From: Candidatus Freyarchaeum deiterrae
GTDB lineage: Archaea > Asgardarchaeota > Jordiarchaeia > Jordiarchaeales > Jordiarchaeaceae
Length of the DNA stretch: 64,000 bases
NCBI GenBank assembly: GCA_037305845.1
Contig: CP147778.1
Span: 1,696,001 to 1,760,000, forward strand
Reading direction: 5' to 3'
Below the pieces are notes generated by a model. That model searched no databases, was not told where the DNA came from, and saw nothing but the letters and a program-made list of their open reading frames with translations. Of this stretch, positions 1-10,586 are shown piece by piece. The translations under genes were made by a program, and so were the position numbers. Position 1 is the first letter of the stretch, and every line of letters starts with the position of its first letter.

Positions 1-734
1 AAACCTTTCATTGGTACCCTTGGGAGAAATTTTCCAATTTCCGAAATTATACCCGGCGCTTCAGAACCGTATTTACAAACAATAGCATTTTCTAGGAGTC
101 CCAAGCGTTCAATAGAAAGTATATCCTGTAAATGCCCTGATTTAATAATGGCCTTCCTAACCTGTTGGCGCGTAGAACCACAGATCATGATTCTATCGGA
201 TGAACTACTAATCCATCCCTTGAACATAGATATTTGATTCCCGCTTAGTTCTGCCTCAATATCACGAGTTTCTTTATTAACATTCACGATTTTTACCTCA
301 AGCGGAAAATTTTCAATAAGAGCAAATTTATCGATAATTTTACGCAAAGGTTTCTTAACATTATTCAACAACTGTTTTCTCAAAATATAAAGAGGAATAA
401 ATGCGTCCTTCTTATTGGAATTCAAACCGACGTCAAGATAAAGACCATATCCAAACTTCGTTGGCTCAACTAATTTACCCCTAACAGTCAAACCCTGATG
501 CAAATCGCCCGGCTCATAAATTGAACCGTACTTATGATTTAAAAAGTTTTTAGCTGCCTCCGCGTCTTCCCCCTCTAAAACTAATTGGATCCATCCTCTC
601 TCAGTGATATCTATACTTTTTATTTTAACCTGCAGTTCAGAAATTTCCTTTTTAATGCCGCTACTTATTGAATGCAAAGCTAATTCTCTTTGCGGACCAT
701 AAACCTTCTCCGAGACTAGAAAGACTTGTTCCAT
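1..734 (-). CDS. DUF2110 family protein (3' end runs off the window)
   Basis: Manual translation from ATG at 734: MEQVFLVSEKVYGPQRE...GWIQLVLEGEDAEAAKNFL...FGYGLYLDVG...IERLGLLENAIVCKYGSEAPGIISEIG. This family commonly lies downstream of tfe. Confidence 0.75.
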   Translation of the reverse strand, partial: MEQVFLVSEKVYGPQRELALHSISSGIKKEISELQVKIKSIDITERGWIQLVLEGEDAEAAKNFLNHKYGSIYEPGDLHQGLTVRGKLVEPTKFGYGLYLDVGLNSNKKDAFIPLYILRKQLLNNVKKPLRKIIDKFALIENFPLEVKIVNVNKETRDIEAELSGNQISMFKGWISSSSDRIMICGSTRQQVRKAIIKSGHLQDILSIERLGLLENAIVCKYGSEAPGIISEIGKFLPRVPMKG

Positions 735-1115
735 GAGTTTAAAAACATACAATTTCTTTTGAAGCTTTTCTTACCTTTGCTATATTCAGTAAAAATATCC
801 CTTTTTTGATCACTTCATATAACATATTTATTATTCATTATTAAACTGCAAAATTATTTACTTTGTTTGTAACTTGTTCAAAGTAAGGTATCGCTTAATC
901 ATTTTTAGATAATCAATATCATAATAAATGGCATAAATTATACCTAAAATCCAGAATTAACATCTAAGTTAAGACACTTGCTAAATATCCGCCTCTGTGA
1001 GTTAACTGCATACTAACCCCCCCAAATCACTACCAAAAGAATAATAACATATCCAAATTTCTATATCCAAAACTAAATTCCAGTGACTGGTTCTTTGTTA
1101 GAAGCCAGAGCGTTT

Positions 1116-1652
1116 TCAGCTTTTCAGACCCTTTAGTTCGCCTTCCAACTCTTCAACTTTATTTTCCAGAAGTTCAATCAACTTGTCATTTTTAACAAAG
1201 ACCAGAGTATTTGAGCAAGTAGGACATTTAAACGAGGCGTCCATAGCTCTATCAAAAGTTAGTTGTTCACAATCAGCGCTGCCGCAGTGAAAGAGCATAT
1301 TACCTTTTTCATAATCAAGTCTTTCATTAAGTCTCTGAAATACCATCTGTTTTCTTGAAATTATTAGGCTCCTTAATTTTTCTGGATTTAACTTCCAGAA
1401 ATAGATAAACCAACCCGTTCTAGTGTCTCTGGTTCGTCTATACGAAGCAAGGCGGTTCTCGTATAACCTGTATAAAACTTTTCTTACCCCATTTAAACGC
1501 ATCTCAGTTTTTTCTGCAATCTCTTCGTCCGTAGCCTCATCTTTGTCCGACAATGCGTTAGCAACCTTTATTGCATTTTCGCCGCCAATTTCCTCAATGA
1601 TGGATGCAAAAAGGTCGTCTCCTCCCACTTTTTTAATAGATGTTAAAATCAT
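1116..1652 (-). CDS. tfe: Transcription initiation factor E alpha (TFE)
   Basis: Winged helix (TDEEIAEKT...VRKVLYRLYE...GWFIYFW) plus Zn ribbon (FKCPTC). ATG at 1652 follows a GGTGA SD. Confidence 0.93.
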   Translation of the reverse strand: MILTSIKKVGGDDLFASIIEEIGGENAIKVANALSDKDEATDEEIAEKTEMRLNGVRKVLYRLYENRLASYRRTRDTRTGWFIYFWKLNPEKLRSLIISRKQMVFQRLNERLDYEKGNMLFHCGSADCEQLTFDRAMDASFKCPTCSNTLVFVKNDKLIELLENKVEELEGELKGLKS

Positions 1653-2330
1653 GCTGTTCACCACACTTTTTTTTGTTCGAATTCACGCATCCTCCAATTA
1701 ATCTTGATGCCAACAAATCTCAGCACTAATATATATGTACGTTCTTATTAAAAAAATTTACTATTGTCAGTAGTATTTTATGACAGACAAACAAAAACTA
1801 TATAGTTCTTTAATCCCTAATTATAAAATATAAAGATTAATGAGTATGAATAAATTTCTCAGCAAAAACGAATATTAATTAAAGAATTATTTAAAAGTAT
1901 CTATAAATAATTACAATTAATCGACCCTAATTCATCAACATTATACTAGAACTGTTTCGTTTGTGTAAAATTAGCATTAAACCTAACATTTTCTGGATTG
2001 GTTTCTAGCCACGAAAAAAATTTTGTAAACATTTTATTATGCAAAATTTGAAAATTATTAAAAATGGAGGGCGGAGACAGGATCAATTCAATATATTTAA
2101 ATTCAAATTGAAAAACATGAATTATATTCAACCGAATAAAACTATCTTAAAGAAACTTAAATTAATAGTTTTCCGAAATCTAGAATTTGCGGGCTTTGAA
2201 AACTTATTGTGATAAGTGTATGCTAAGCATCTTGCAAGCTGAATATAAATTGGCTGGAAAATTTTTATTTCCAAAGACAAAATTCAAAAATAGTGGTACG
2301 CAATATATTTTCGTACGTAAGATAAAATTT

Positions 2331-2422
2331 GGGCGTATGGTCCAGTGGCTATGACACCGCGCTTACAACGCGGTAAATCCTTTTCAGGAGCCGAATCCGC
2401 GGTTCGAATCCGCGTACGCCCA
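2331..2422 (+). tRNA. tRNA-Val(UAC) with a 19-nt BHB intron at 46/47 (2377-2395)
   Basis: Acceptor GGGCGTA/TACGCCC; anticodon arm CCGCG-CT-TAC-AA-CGCGG. BHB: cggt/gccg central helix, tcct/agga inner helix. The spliced variable loop TAATC matches the intronless Val(CAC) at 48317. Confidence 0.95.
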
Positions 2423-2611
2423 CCTCTTCCATCTTTGGTGGCCTAAATTGTATATTTTTCTCTTTCAACTGCTCTAAAAACTTAATCATATAGGTTAATT
2501 CTAAATTTTCGCGATTGATTAAATATATCGCGTTTTTAAGGGAGCTTTTCTAAAAATCTTTTGCGATCTTTTTTTAGATAATCTTATATTTTTTGGCTGA
2601 TATTCCATATT

Positions 2612-3012
2612 GGGGTGATGAGCAGAAGGACGGCTGCCGGTGCCTTTTGGTGCTGAGGAAATCCATCCATCATGTGGGGCTCGAGCATTGTAAAGTGCAG
2701 GCTGAGAAGTCTGGCAATGGAGCAGAAATCCTTTGAATTAAGGACTGTAAACGACACATCCTTCTGAATAATGACTATGATATGGAATAAGAACGTAAAA
2801 CCAATCTTTTGGTGTTCGTTCTACAATAAAACCGTTGAGGATTCAGAAGGAATTGTTGAAACGACCATCCTCGAGGATGCAAGTCCAAATAGGCTGCCGA
2901 TTATCCCCCCACAAGAGGCGGCGGGTAGGACGCTAAGCTGAATGCTGTCAAGAGATCTAATGGTAACATTGACCTCTGAACAGAAGGTGGATTACTCTCT
3001 GCACATCACCCC
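2612..3012 (+). ncRNA. rnpB: RNase P RNA (archaeal)
   Basis: P1 ggggtgatg/catcacccc; CR-I gaggaaatccatc pairs with CR-V acagaaggtggatta; gcagaaa, tgaaacg and gcaag conserved segments; long P12. Confidence 0.93.
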
Positions 3013-3113
3013 AAAAACTTTCATACTTTTCGGGTTTTTTGGTTGGCGTAATTGTAATATCCTATTAAAATAAATTCAATTCGGTACTGTTTATATTTTT
3101 CAAGAATATCTGT

Positions 3114-3626
3114 CTAAGTAATGTACTGGTTTTGAATTTTAATTATCTCGTTGCTGTTTACTGCTTTTGAATAGTCCTCTAAGAGATTTTCATTAAGCGT
3201 AATAAAGTTTAAACCCCATTTAAAGAGGCTAAGAATTTCCTTTGCTTCATCCTTATGGTTAGTTATGTAGAGGGCGGCTGCAAAAGCTTCCACACTACTT
3301 AGTTTTGTTGGCTTACCATAGTTTGTTGGGTTCGCCGCTATTAAGTAGGGCAGGGCGCGTTTTATTCCCTTTACTCTATCAAAAACGCCCTCGATCAATT
3401 TCCATGAACAGTCTATTACTGTAAGTCCACTTCTAATTAGATATCCATCATCTTGCGAAGATAGAGCCTTTAAAGCGAAGGGGTCAAGTATTAAACTGCT
3501 TTTTGGGATTTCCGATAGGCGGCCTAATAGTATTGCTTTATTATGCCTAACCAATTTTAGACCAGTGCACATATTCGGAGAGCATTGTTTCGCATTATAC
3601 AAAAACAATTTCATCTTTTTACTCAC
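3114..3626 (-). CDS. tsr3: 16S rRNA aminocarboxypropyltransferase Tsr3
   Basis: QCSPNMCTG, DCSW, RALPYLIAANPTNYGKP, LSSVEA and FKWG motifs. Confidence 0.93.
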   Translation of the reverse strand: MSKKMKLFLYNAKQCSPNMCTGLKLVRHNKAILLGRLSEIPKSSLILDPFALKALSSQDDGYLIRSGLTVIDCSWKLIEGVFDRVKGIKRALPYLIAANPTNYGKPTKLSSVEAFAAALYITNHKDEAKEILSLFKWGLNFITLNENLLEDYSKAVNSNEIIKIQNQYIT

Positions 3627-3823
3627 TAAACCTTAATTTTAGACAAGATTTTTTAGAACAACTAAGATTTGATTTACAATTTTGCCAGTAATTACAAAAC
3701 GTTCCTGATATTCAATTGAAACTAATTAGTGATTAATATTTTTGATAGTCAATTTTGGATTAAAGATAAGTACTTTAATGTAATAAATATTATTTACTAA
3801 ATAATTATTTTTGGGTGGTGGTA

Positions 3824-4063
3824 ATGCCTATAGCATTTGTTTTAATTAATACCGAACCCGCAAACGAAGAGAAGGTTCTTTCAAAGATCACTACCATTGA
3901 GGGCATAGCGGAAGCATACATTCTATACGGGGTATACGATATTCTTGCAAAAATTAGTACCGAGTCGATGGAAAATTTGAAACAAACAATTATTTGGCAA
4001 ATTAGAAAAATAGAAGGCGTTGTTTCGACTCTTACACTTATTGTAGCTGAGGAAGGCGGTTGA
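3824..4063 (+). CDS. Stand-alone Lrp/AsnC ligand-binding (RAM) domain protein
   Basis: AFVLIN...YGVYDILAKI...IRKIEGVVSTLTLIV pattern. Confidence 0.85.
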   Translation: MPIAFVLINTEPANEEKVLSKITTIEGIAEAYILYGVYDILAKISTESMENLKQTIIWQIRKIEGVVSTLTLIVAEEGG

Positions 4064-4265
4064 ACGTTTAATATTCTTTCTTTGATATCAAAAGTACTTT
4101 AACCTTCTATTATATTGAAGACTCCCCCAAAAACAGTATTCTTTTTTATTTTTTATCTAGATCTTTACTTTTCTTTAGGAAAAATTGTGAGCCCTTTATT
4201 TTTTAAATATTATTCATAAATGTTCTAATTATTACTATTTCTAATCGAAAATTTAAAAATCGTTA

Positions 4266-4553
4266 ATGTTCTTTATGGCAAGAGGAAAAATGAACAATTC
4301 AAGAATTTGTGAAATTTGTGAAAAAGAAACGGTAGAAGCAGAATGCCCCTTATGCAAAAGGCAGATTTGTAAGAGCTGTCTATCCGAAAATATTTGTGTT
4401 ATCTGTAATGAAACGGTATGTACAAATTGCAAAAATCAGCTATCTGACCGCGCGTGCAACATCTGCGGCTTATTGGTATGTGAAGATTGCAGTGTAAAAA
4501 TAAATGAGGAAATTATCTGTTTAAAATGTAGTTCTAAGAGGCGCGTTGAGTGA
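4266..4553 (+). CDS. Small Cys-rich multi-CxxC zinc-finger protein
   Basis: Eight CxxC pairs in 95 aa; stop overlaps the tiaS GTG start. Confidence 0.65.
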   Translation: MFFMARGKMNNSRICEICEKETVEAECPLCKRQICKSCLSENICVICNETVCTNCKNQLSDRACNICGLLVCEDCSVKINEEIICLKCSSKRRVE

Positions 4554-5872
4554 CTCTTCTTCATATAGGATTTGATGACACTGATTCCCCATCAGGCGGC
4601 TGTACCACATATCTGTGTGCAAGATTAGTAGAGCTACTTTCTGCCTTAAATGTAAGCTTCATTGACTATCCTTTGCTCATACGTTTAAATCCCAATGTCC
4701 CTTTCCGCACTAGAGGAAACGCTGCTCTATGTTTAAGAATAAAAATAGAAAATGATTTGGAAAATAGAGTTAAACAGGTTGTTTTAGAGGAAATAGAAAA
4801 AAGAGCAGATTTGTCCTTTAAAAACACTAACCCTGGAGTCGTATTCTACGAAGGAGAAACCATACCCAGCATACTTGAAAAATTCTCCATGAAGACTATG
4901 CAGAACATCGTAATAATTAATGACGCACTAAAAATAGCAGAGGACATAGGTGCGGAAACTTGCACATTTAAAAATGCTAGAGGAGTTATTGGCGCATTAG
5001 CCGCAATAGGCGCACTTCTAGAAAATGATCATACATACGAACTAATAACTTATAGAAAGCCAGAAAATTACGGTAAACCACGCAAATTAGATATCAACTC
5101 AGTTAGAAACATGAACTCAGCCACCTCTCCAAACACCTTCTGCAATATAGACAATGAACGGATACTTATCACGCCACACGGCCCTGACCCTATCCTTTAT
5201 GGCATTAGGGGAGACACTGCAGAAGTCGTTTATGCAGCGCACAATATGGTAACCCCTCTAGAACCCATTGAACGATGGATAATTTTTAGATCCAATCAGG
5301 GTACTGATATGCACCTGCGATTTCTACAGAGCATTTCTCAGGTGAGACCCTATTTATCTGTAATACTAAATGGTGAAGTTTCTAATAGGCCAAAAACGAT
5401 TCCCGGGGGCCATGTAATTGTGCAAATTAAAGATCATACAGGTAAAGTTGATTGTGCTGCCTATGAACCCACAGGCGAATTTCGAGAAGTGATAAAGAAT
5501 CTAATTCCAGGAGATATGGTTCGTGCATATGGCGGTGTTCGCCCCGCGTCCTCCCTTCATCCGCTAACTATTAATCTAGAAAAATTAGAAATTCTAAAAC
5601 TAGCTCCATTAGTAGTAAAATTAAACCCAAAATGTACTCAATGTGGAAAGAGTATGACATCCGCAGGCAAAAATAAGGGATTCAAATGCAAGAAATGCGG
5701 ACTAAAACTAACAGAAATTAAAAAATCAACTTTAGAAATGCCCAGAAATATAGCAGAAAAATTATATCTCACCCCTCCCAGAGCACATCGCCACTTAACT
5801 CGCCCAAAAGAGCGAATTAATAAAGTAATGAAAAGATCAGAAACTATGTTTACTCCTTGGCATTATCCCTGA
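4550..5872 (+). CDS. tiaS: tRNA(Ile2) agmatinylcytidine synthetase TiaS
   Basis: GFDDTDS..GGCTTY, RLNPNVPFRTRGN, PHGPDPILYGIRG, SNQGTD, OB fold, Zn ribbon. Confidence 0.95.
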   Translation: MTLLHIGFDDTDSPSGGCTTYLCARLVELLSALNVSFIDYPLLIRLNPNVPFRTRGNAALCLRIKIENDLENRVKQVVLEEIEKRADLSFKNTNPGVVFYEGETIPSILEKFSMKTMQNIVIINDALKIAEDIGAETCTFKNARGVIGALAAIGALLENDHTYELITYRKPENYGKPRKLDINSVRNMNSATSPNTFCNIDNERILITPHGPDPILYGIRGDTAEVVYAAHNMVTPLEPIERWIIFRSNQGTDMHLRFLQSISQVRPYLSVILNGEVSNRPKTIPGGHVIVQIKDHTGKVDCAAYEPTGEFREVIKNLIPGDMVRAYGGVRPASSLHPLTINLEKLEILKLAPLVVKLNPKCTQCGKSMTSAGKNKGFKCKKCGLKLTEIKKSTLEMPRNIAEKLYLTPPRAHRHLTRPKERINKVMKRSETMFTPWHYP

Positions 5873-5891
5873 AAATTGTTTTTTAATCTAT

Positions 5892-6821
5892 TTATTGTCT
5901 TAGTTTTTCTTTAGCAGCAGCTACTAAAAGTGGAAAGGCTATTGTAACATCTGCTATCACATCCACACTTTTCGCATCACTTTTCAATTTACCCCATGAA
6001 CGAGCTTCACTCAGAGTCGCTCCACTTAACCCCCCTGACTCCGGTCTGTCAAGAGTGATTTGGATGGCATAATCAAATCCTCGGCCAGTAATAAGCATAG
6101 TCTGTAAAATATGGTTCTTTGGAAACCCTCCACATAAAATAATGGCGCCACTCTTTTCATTTTCATAAGCTAAATTAATAATTTTATGCAAGTCCTCTAG
6201 CACATCTATTTTCAGCGGATTTAACTGCGAAAAAAGCCATGCTTGGAGTCCAAGAATTGAATCAGTTATTGCAGGACAAAATATAGGAACCCCTTTATCC
6301 GCAGCAGCCTTCACAAAGGAATTTTCATCCACAAGCCTCTTTCCAATTTCAGTTATAAGTTCAGATACAGTAATCCCCTCTTTCCTTTTTTCAACATCTA
6401 TTTCCCCAAAAATTTGTTGAATTCTTTCCTCAAAAGTCATGAATGTCTTATCAGAAACATAGGCATCATAGATACGATTAATTCCCTTACTTCTAAGTTC
6501 TGAATCATCACCACTTACACCTCTTTCATGGTGTTCGCCAAAAGCTTCGATGATATCATGTGTGATATTCGCCCCTGTACTAACAATTACATCAACGTAA
6601 CCTGCTCGAATCAAATCCGCAAATAATCCTCCTAATCCTGCAGGCACCAGAGCACCAGCTATCCCCAGAAACACTTTGGCATCAGGATCGCTAACCATCT
6701 CAACAAAAATATCCACAGCTTTAGCCAAACTTCCTGCGCAGAAAACTCCGGAAGCATCCATTTCTTTAACAAGATCCAAGGCACTCATATGTTCATCTAT
6801 TTTCATCCGTTTTATCTTCAC
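5892..6821 (-). CDS. dys: Deoxyhypusine synthase
   Basis: STGANITHD, INRIYD, GGLSGATLSEARSWGK with the catalytic Lys retained. Confidence 0.95.
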   Translation of the reverse strand: MKIKRMKIDEHMSALDLVKEMDASGVFCAGSLAKAVDIFVEMVSDPDAKVFLGIAGALVPAGLGGLFADLIRAGYVDVIVSTGANITHDIIEAFGEHHERGVSGDDSELRSKGINRIYDAYVSDKTFMTFEERIQQIFGEIDVEKRKEGITVSELITEIGKRLVDENSFVKAAADKGVPIFCPAITDSILGLQAWLFSQLNPLKIDVLEDLHKIINLAYENEKSGAIILCGGFPKNHILQTMLITGRGFDYAIQITLDRPESGGLSGATLSEARSWGKLKSDAKSVDVIADVTIAFPLLVAAAKEKLRQ

Positions 6822-6938
6822 TTAGTACACCCCAAATTAAATTTACTCAGTTTCAGTAAATAACTTTAAGCGTTAATAATTTGTTTAATTAAATTTTAAT
6901 GTAGAGCGTCTGCTATTTTGTAAAAATCAAGGTTGAAA

Positions 6939-8267
6939 TTAAGTCTGGTCATCAACTTTAATCACGTCTAACTCTAAACATTTTGCTTCTGTATTTAGTA
7001 TAGAAGATACGCTCGGTTCCGTACGGCCTTCGTCTCCAGAAATGAGTTCTTTAATGTATAGTCCTCCTTGTCCTTGGACGATTAGCTCAAATTTATTTGA
7101 ATTCAGTATTTTGTAATCAAGTTTGTAAACCTTTTTTATTCTAACTAAATTTGCCCTTCGGTGTAATACTCTTACTGGGGTTTGTTGGTGAATAGTTTCT
7201 CCTGTGAGTTTGGTTTTCAATAATTCTAGTTTTTCTAAGGTTACCTGGTCCTTTGATTCTACTAAGGCGCTGTAGGTTTTACTGGATGTTTGAGCCAAGG
7301 CTTTTATGCGTCTAACTTCGTCCTTATTTGAAAGACTAAGATTCATTACTCTGACTTTTTCTTCAGAGCGGCTATTAATTATATTCTCTAACTCCTTTAA
7401 CTCTATTTTACGCTTTTTCGGGTTTTTAATTTCTAAGACAAACCGTCGTCCATTCCCTAACATCCTAGCATCAATGTCCTCTCTTCCTGCTCCGTGAAAT
7501 CTTGATTCCTCCCCTTCGGTAATTTCTAATACTGGTTTAGCAATTATTTCCTCTACTGTTTCCTGATACATTTTACCTGTACCATTACACCTTTCACATC
7601 CCTTTCCATGGCATTCTCGACATGGCCATCTGGTTTGAGGAATACCTCTCACAAGTTTCAAGTATCTCCCTGAAATAAAAAGAGGATTGACATCAATTGA
7701 TATTGACAAATCTTCTACTTCTAAAACTATGAGTATATCGGGTCTATTAAACTCGACATTTTTACCCGTAATAATTGTTAATACTTTACCGATTTCACGG
7801 TTAATTTCTGCTTTTAAAGCTTCACCGGTATTAATCTCAAAAGTTGATCTTAACGCGTCCTCCTTCTCAGAAATTCGAGGAGGAACCTTGGACCCTACAA
7901 GGAAGTTGTTAAACTCATATTTCTCTAGTTCTAAAGCGATTTTTCTAGCAATTTCCTCTTTTTTTAAAAAAACGTTGTCGCAAATTTCGCATTTTCCTTC
8001 TTCATTTACTTCTAAACCTATTGTTCGAAGAGTCTCTAAAGCTGGATTAAAAAATCCATTAACAGCTAAACTTCTCAATAAATTTTCTCCCCTAGCTTTA
8101 TCGCTAGTTAAATATTTATGGCCAATAAGGGTTAATACCATCTTTATTGAGCGTCCTCTTTCCGCATTACTAGTTTTGGTGCCCAATAAAGCAAATTGCC
8201 TTCCGAGGCAATTATCACATAGCTTATGCTCTTCCAAAATATTAATTGCCTGATCAATTATCTCCAT
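6939..8267 (-). CDS. pus10: tRNA pseudouridine(54/55) synthase Pus10
   Basis: LCDNCLGRQF, GRYLKLVRGIPQTRW, FHGAGREDIDARMLG, GGLYIKELISGD. The ORF-track start at 8327 is probably too far upstream. Confidence 0.95.
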   Translation of the reverse strand: MEIIDQAINILEEHKLCDNCLGRQFALLGTKTSNAERGRSIKMVLTLIGHKYLTSDKARGENLLRSLAVNGFFNPALETLRTIGLEVNEEGKCEICDNVFLKKEEIARKIALELEKYEFNNFLVGSKVPPRISEKEDALRSTFEINTGEALKAEINREIGKVLTIITGKNVEFNRPDILIVLEVEDLSISIDVNPLFISGRYLKLVRGIPQTRWPCRECHGKGCERCNGTGKMYQETVEEIIAKPVLEITEGEESRFHGAGREDIDARMLGNGRRFVLEIKNPKKRKIELKELENIINSRSEEKVRVMNLSLSNKDEVRRIKALAQTSSKTYSALVESKDQVTLEKLELLKTKLTGETIHQQTPVRVLHRRANLVRIKKVYKLDYKILNSNKFELIVQGQGGLYIKELISGDEGRTEPSVSSILNTEAKCLELDVIKVDDQT

Positions 8268-8862
8268 TATTATCATTACCCCATAGAGTGTCCAAATGGT
8301 TGTGCAACATAACAATGAAATTGTCAATTGTGTAAGTATCTCTAAAAAACACTTCGTTATATCCTTGATTAGCTAGTTGATTCTCAATAAAATCTGGAAA
8401 CGGGTATTCAAGTGGTACAACAGAATTTACACTATCTCCAAACACTATTTCATCAATACTCTTTCCTTTTATAGAAGGGAAGATTACTTGACTCGCATTT
8501 ATATTTTTTAATGTTTCTATCGAATCGGTGATGTTTTCATAAATGTAAACCCCACGCTTAGACAAAGTACTTTTCTTTTTATTTAGTTCTTTTAATTCTA
8601 TCTGCGCTTTCATTAATAACATGGTAATAGACCTGGTATCCGGTCCTAAATATTTTAATTCAGAGCCAACTAACTTGAGCATGTAATTTTCATCTTTAAC
8701 TAAGATATACAATATTGTATCTCTTCTTATTCCGTGAGAAAGAAAAAAGGCGGCTCTTATACATGCGCTAAGCTTTGAGACCGTTTGATTGATAAACCCC
8801 AAGTTGAGTTGTTTTTGGGTAATTTGAGGGATACTGTTCAACAGAACGCTGAAAAACCTCAT
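8254..8862 (-). CDS. trmY: TrmY-like SPOUT protein (tRNA m1Psi54 methyltransferase family), divergent
   Basis: AAFFLSHGIRRD, LKYLGPDTRS, C-terminal IVMLHNHLD; srp54-trmY-pus10 synteny; ATGA overlap with srp54. Confidence 0.75.
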   Translation of the reverse strand: MRFFSVLLNSIPQITQKQLNLGFINQTVSKLSACIRAAFFLSHGIRRDTILYILVKDENYMLKLVGSELKYLGPDTRSITMLLMKAQIELKELNKKKSTLSKRGVYIYENITDSIETLKNINASQVIFPSIKGKSIDEIVFGDSVNSVVPLEYPFPDFIENQLANQGYNEVFFRDTYTIDNFIVMLHNHLDTLWGNDNNGDN

Positions 8863-10238
8863 GCTAATTTTCCTTTCCATTTTCTCATCTGCTCTGGCGA
8901 TATACCTGGAGGAACCTGCATTCCGCGTTTTCCCCGCCTTTGCTTACCCATCATCTTAGCCATTTTTTTAGCCGCGAAATACTGATCAATCAACTCTTTA
9001 ACATCCCTCGGTTGGGTACCGGATCCTCTGGCAATTCGGATTATTCTAGAACGATCAATTACTTTAGGATCGACTTGTTCCTCATTGGTCATTGATTGTA
9101 GCATTACTTTCCAATATCTCATTTTGTCATCTGCGACATCTTTTAGATCGTTAGGAATTTTGGCGCCAATCCCTACCAAATCAAAAACTTTGCTTATAGG
9201 GCCCATCTTTTTAAGCTGTTCCATTTGCTCGTAAAAATCTTTTAGCGTAAACCGCCCGCTCAAAAATGTCAGAGCCGCGTTCTTATCTGTTTTTACCTCG
9301 GCTTCTCTAACTTTGTCTAATAAACTTTGTAAGTCCCCCATTCCAAGTAAAAGCCCGACGAAGCCTGTGGGATTAAAACTCTCGATGTCCTCGATCTTTT
9401 CACCAGTGCTTATGAATTTGATAGGGGCTCCTGTAGCTGCAACAGCTGAAAGAGCGCCTCCTCCTCGAGCGGATCCATCTAATTTTGTTACAATTATCGA
9501 CCCGATATTCGTCGCGGCTTTAAATGCTTGGGCTTGGCTGGTTGCTTGCTGTCCGAGGGTCCCGTCTATCACCAATATAATCTCCTGAGGAAGAATGGCT
9601 TTTGCTATGTCTTGCATTTCTTTCATTAATCCCTTTTCTTCCTTATGTCTTCCAGAAGTATCAACGATTATTGCCTCGCACTCTTCTTTCTGAAGTTTTG
9701 CGATTCCCCTTTTGGCTACATCAACACTATTTTTACTATTTTGTTCTCCATAAAATGGAACGTTTAACTCATTTATTAACTGGTAAAGCTGCTCATAAGC
9801 ACCGGGACGGAATGTATCTGCGCAAACTACACCCGTTTTGGTACCTCTTTTACTGAGATATCTCGCGAGTTTAGCAGTTGTTGTAGTTTTACCTGAACCC
9901 TGGATACCCACGAGCATGATAACGTTTGTCTTTCCCGGCTTTATTTCGAGAGGGTATGCTTTCCTTCCTAGAATGTTGGTTAGCTCATCATAAACAATTT
10001 TAACAATATGTTCTCTTCTGCTTATGCCGGGGGGTAATGTTTCGTCGAGAGCCTTTTTCTTAATATTCTCACTTATTTCAAAAACCAGTTCAACATTTAC
10101 GTCAGATGTTAGAAGTGCTCTCTGAAGCTCTTTGACCAATTCTTCGACAGCTTCTTTGTCTGCGACGTTTGAACGCAAAATCTTATTTATTGCGTTTCTC
10201 AAACCTTCGCCTAATTTCTCTAAGACCATTAGAACCAC
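8859..10238 (-). CDS. srp54: Signal recognition particle protein SRP54
   Basis: GIQGSGKTTT, DTFRPGA, DTSGRH, TKLDGSARGGGALS; M domain RIARGSG. Confidence 0.97.
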   Translation of the reverse strand: MVLMVLEKLGEGLRNAINKILRSNVADKEAVEELVKELQRALLTSDVNVELVFEISENIKKKALDETLPPGISRREHIVKIVYDELTNILGRKAYPLEIKPGKTNVIMLVGIQGSGKTTTTAKLARYLSKRGTKTGVVCADTFRPGAYEQLYQLINELNVPFYGEQNSKNSVDVAKRGIAKLQKEECEAIIVDTSGRHKEEKGLMKEMQDIAKAILPQEIILVIDGTLGQQATSQAQAFKAATNIGSIIVTKLDGSARGGGALSAVAATGAPIKFISTGEKIEDIESFNPTGFVGLLLGMGDLQSLLDKVREAEVKTDKNAALTFLSGRFTLKDFYEQMEQLKKMGPISKVFDLVGIGAKIPNDLKDVADDKMRYWKVMLQSMTNEEQVDPKVIDRSRIIRIARGSGTQPRDVKELIDQYFAAKKMAKMMGKQRRGKRGMQVPPGISPEQMRKWKGKLA

Positions 10239-10586
10239 GTTCCTACTTTAAACCGTGCTAATCAATCTTATTTCTTTTTATTCACACTCTTCAAAATATT
10301 AACATTTACGCAGGTAGAGCTAGTTTAGGTTTCGTTATAGACGTTTCGTTTTTAACATCTCTTTATAATTGAATCTAGTGCCAATTTTTAAGGTATATCT
10401 ACTAGGAGTCTACTCTTAGAAAATGTACAGATATATACTTAACTAGCAATATAAAAACTAAATTTATTTTAAATAACTAAAAACCTATCTTTATACTTTG
10501 ATTAATTGTAAATGAAAAACTTTTGAAATGCATTTTTAAAGTTTAAATCAAATGTTAGGGTATTCCTCTCTACGATGTGAAATGCG

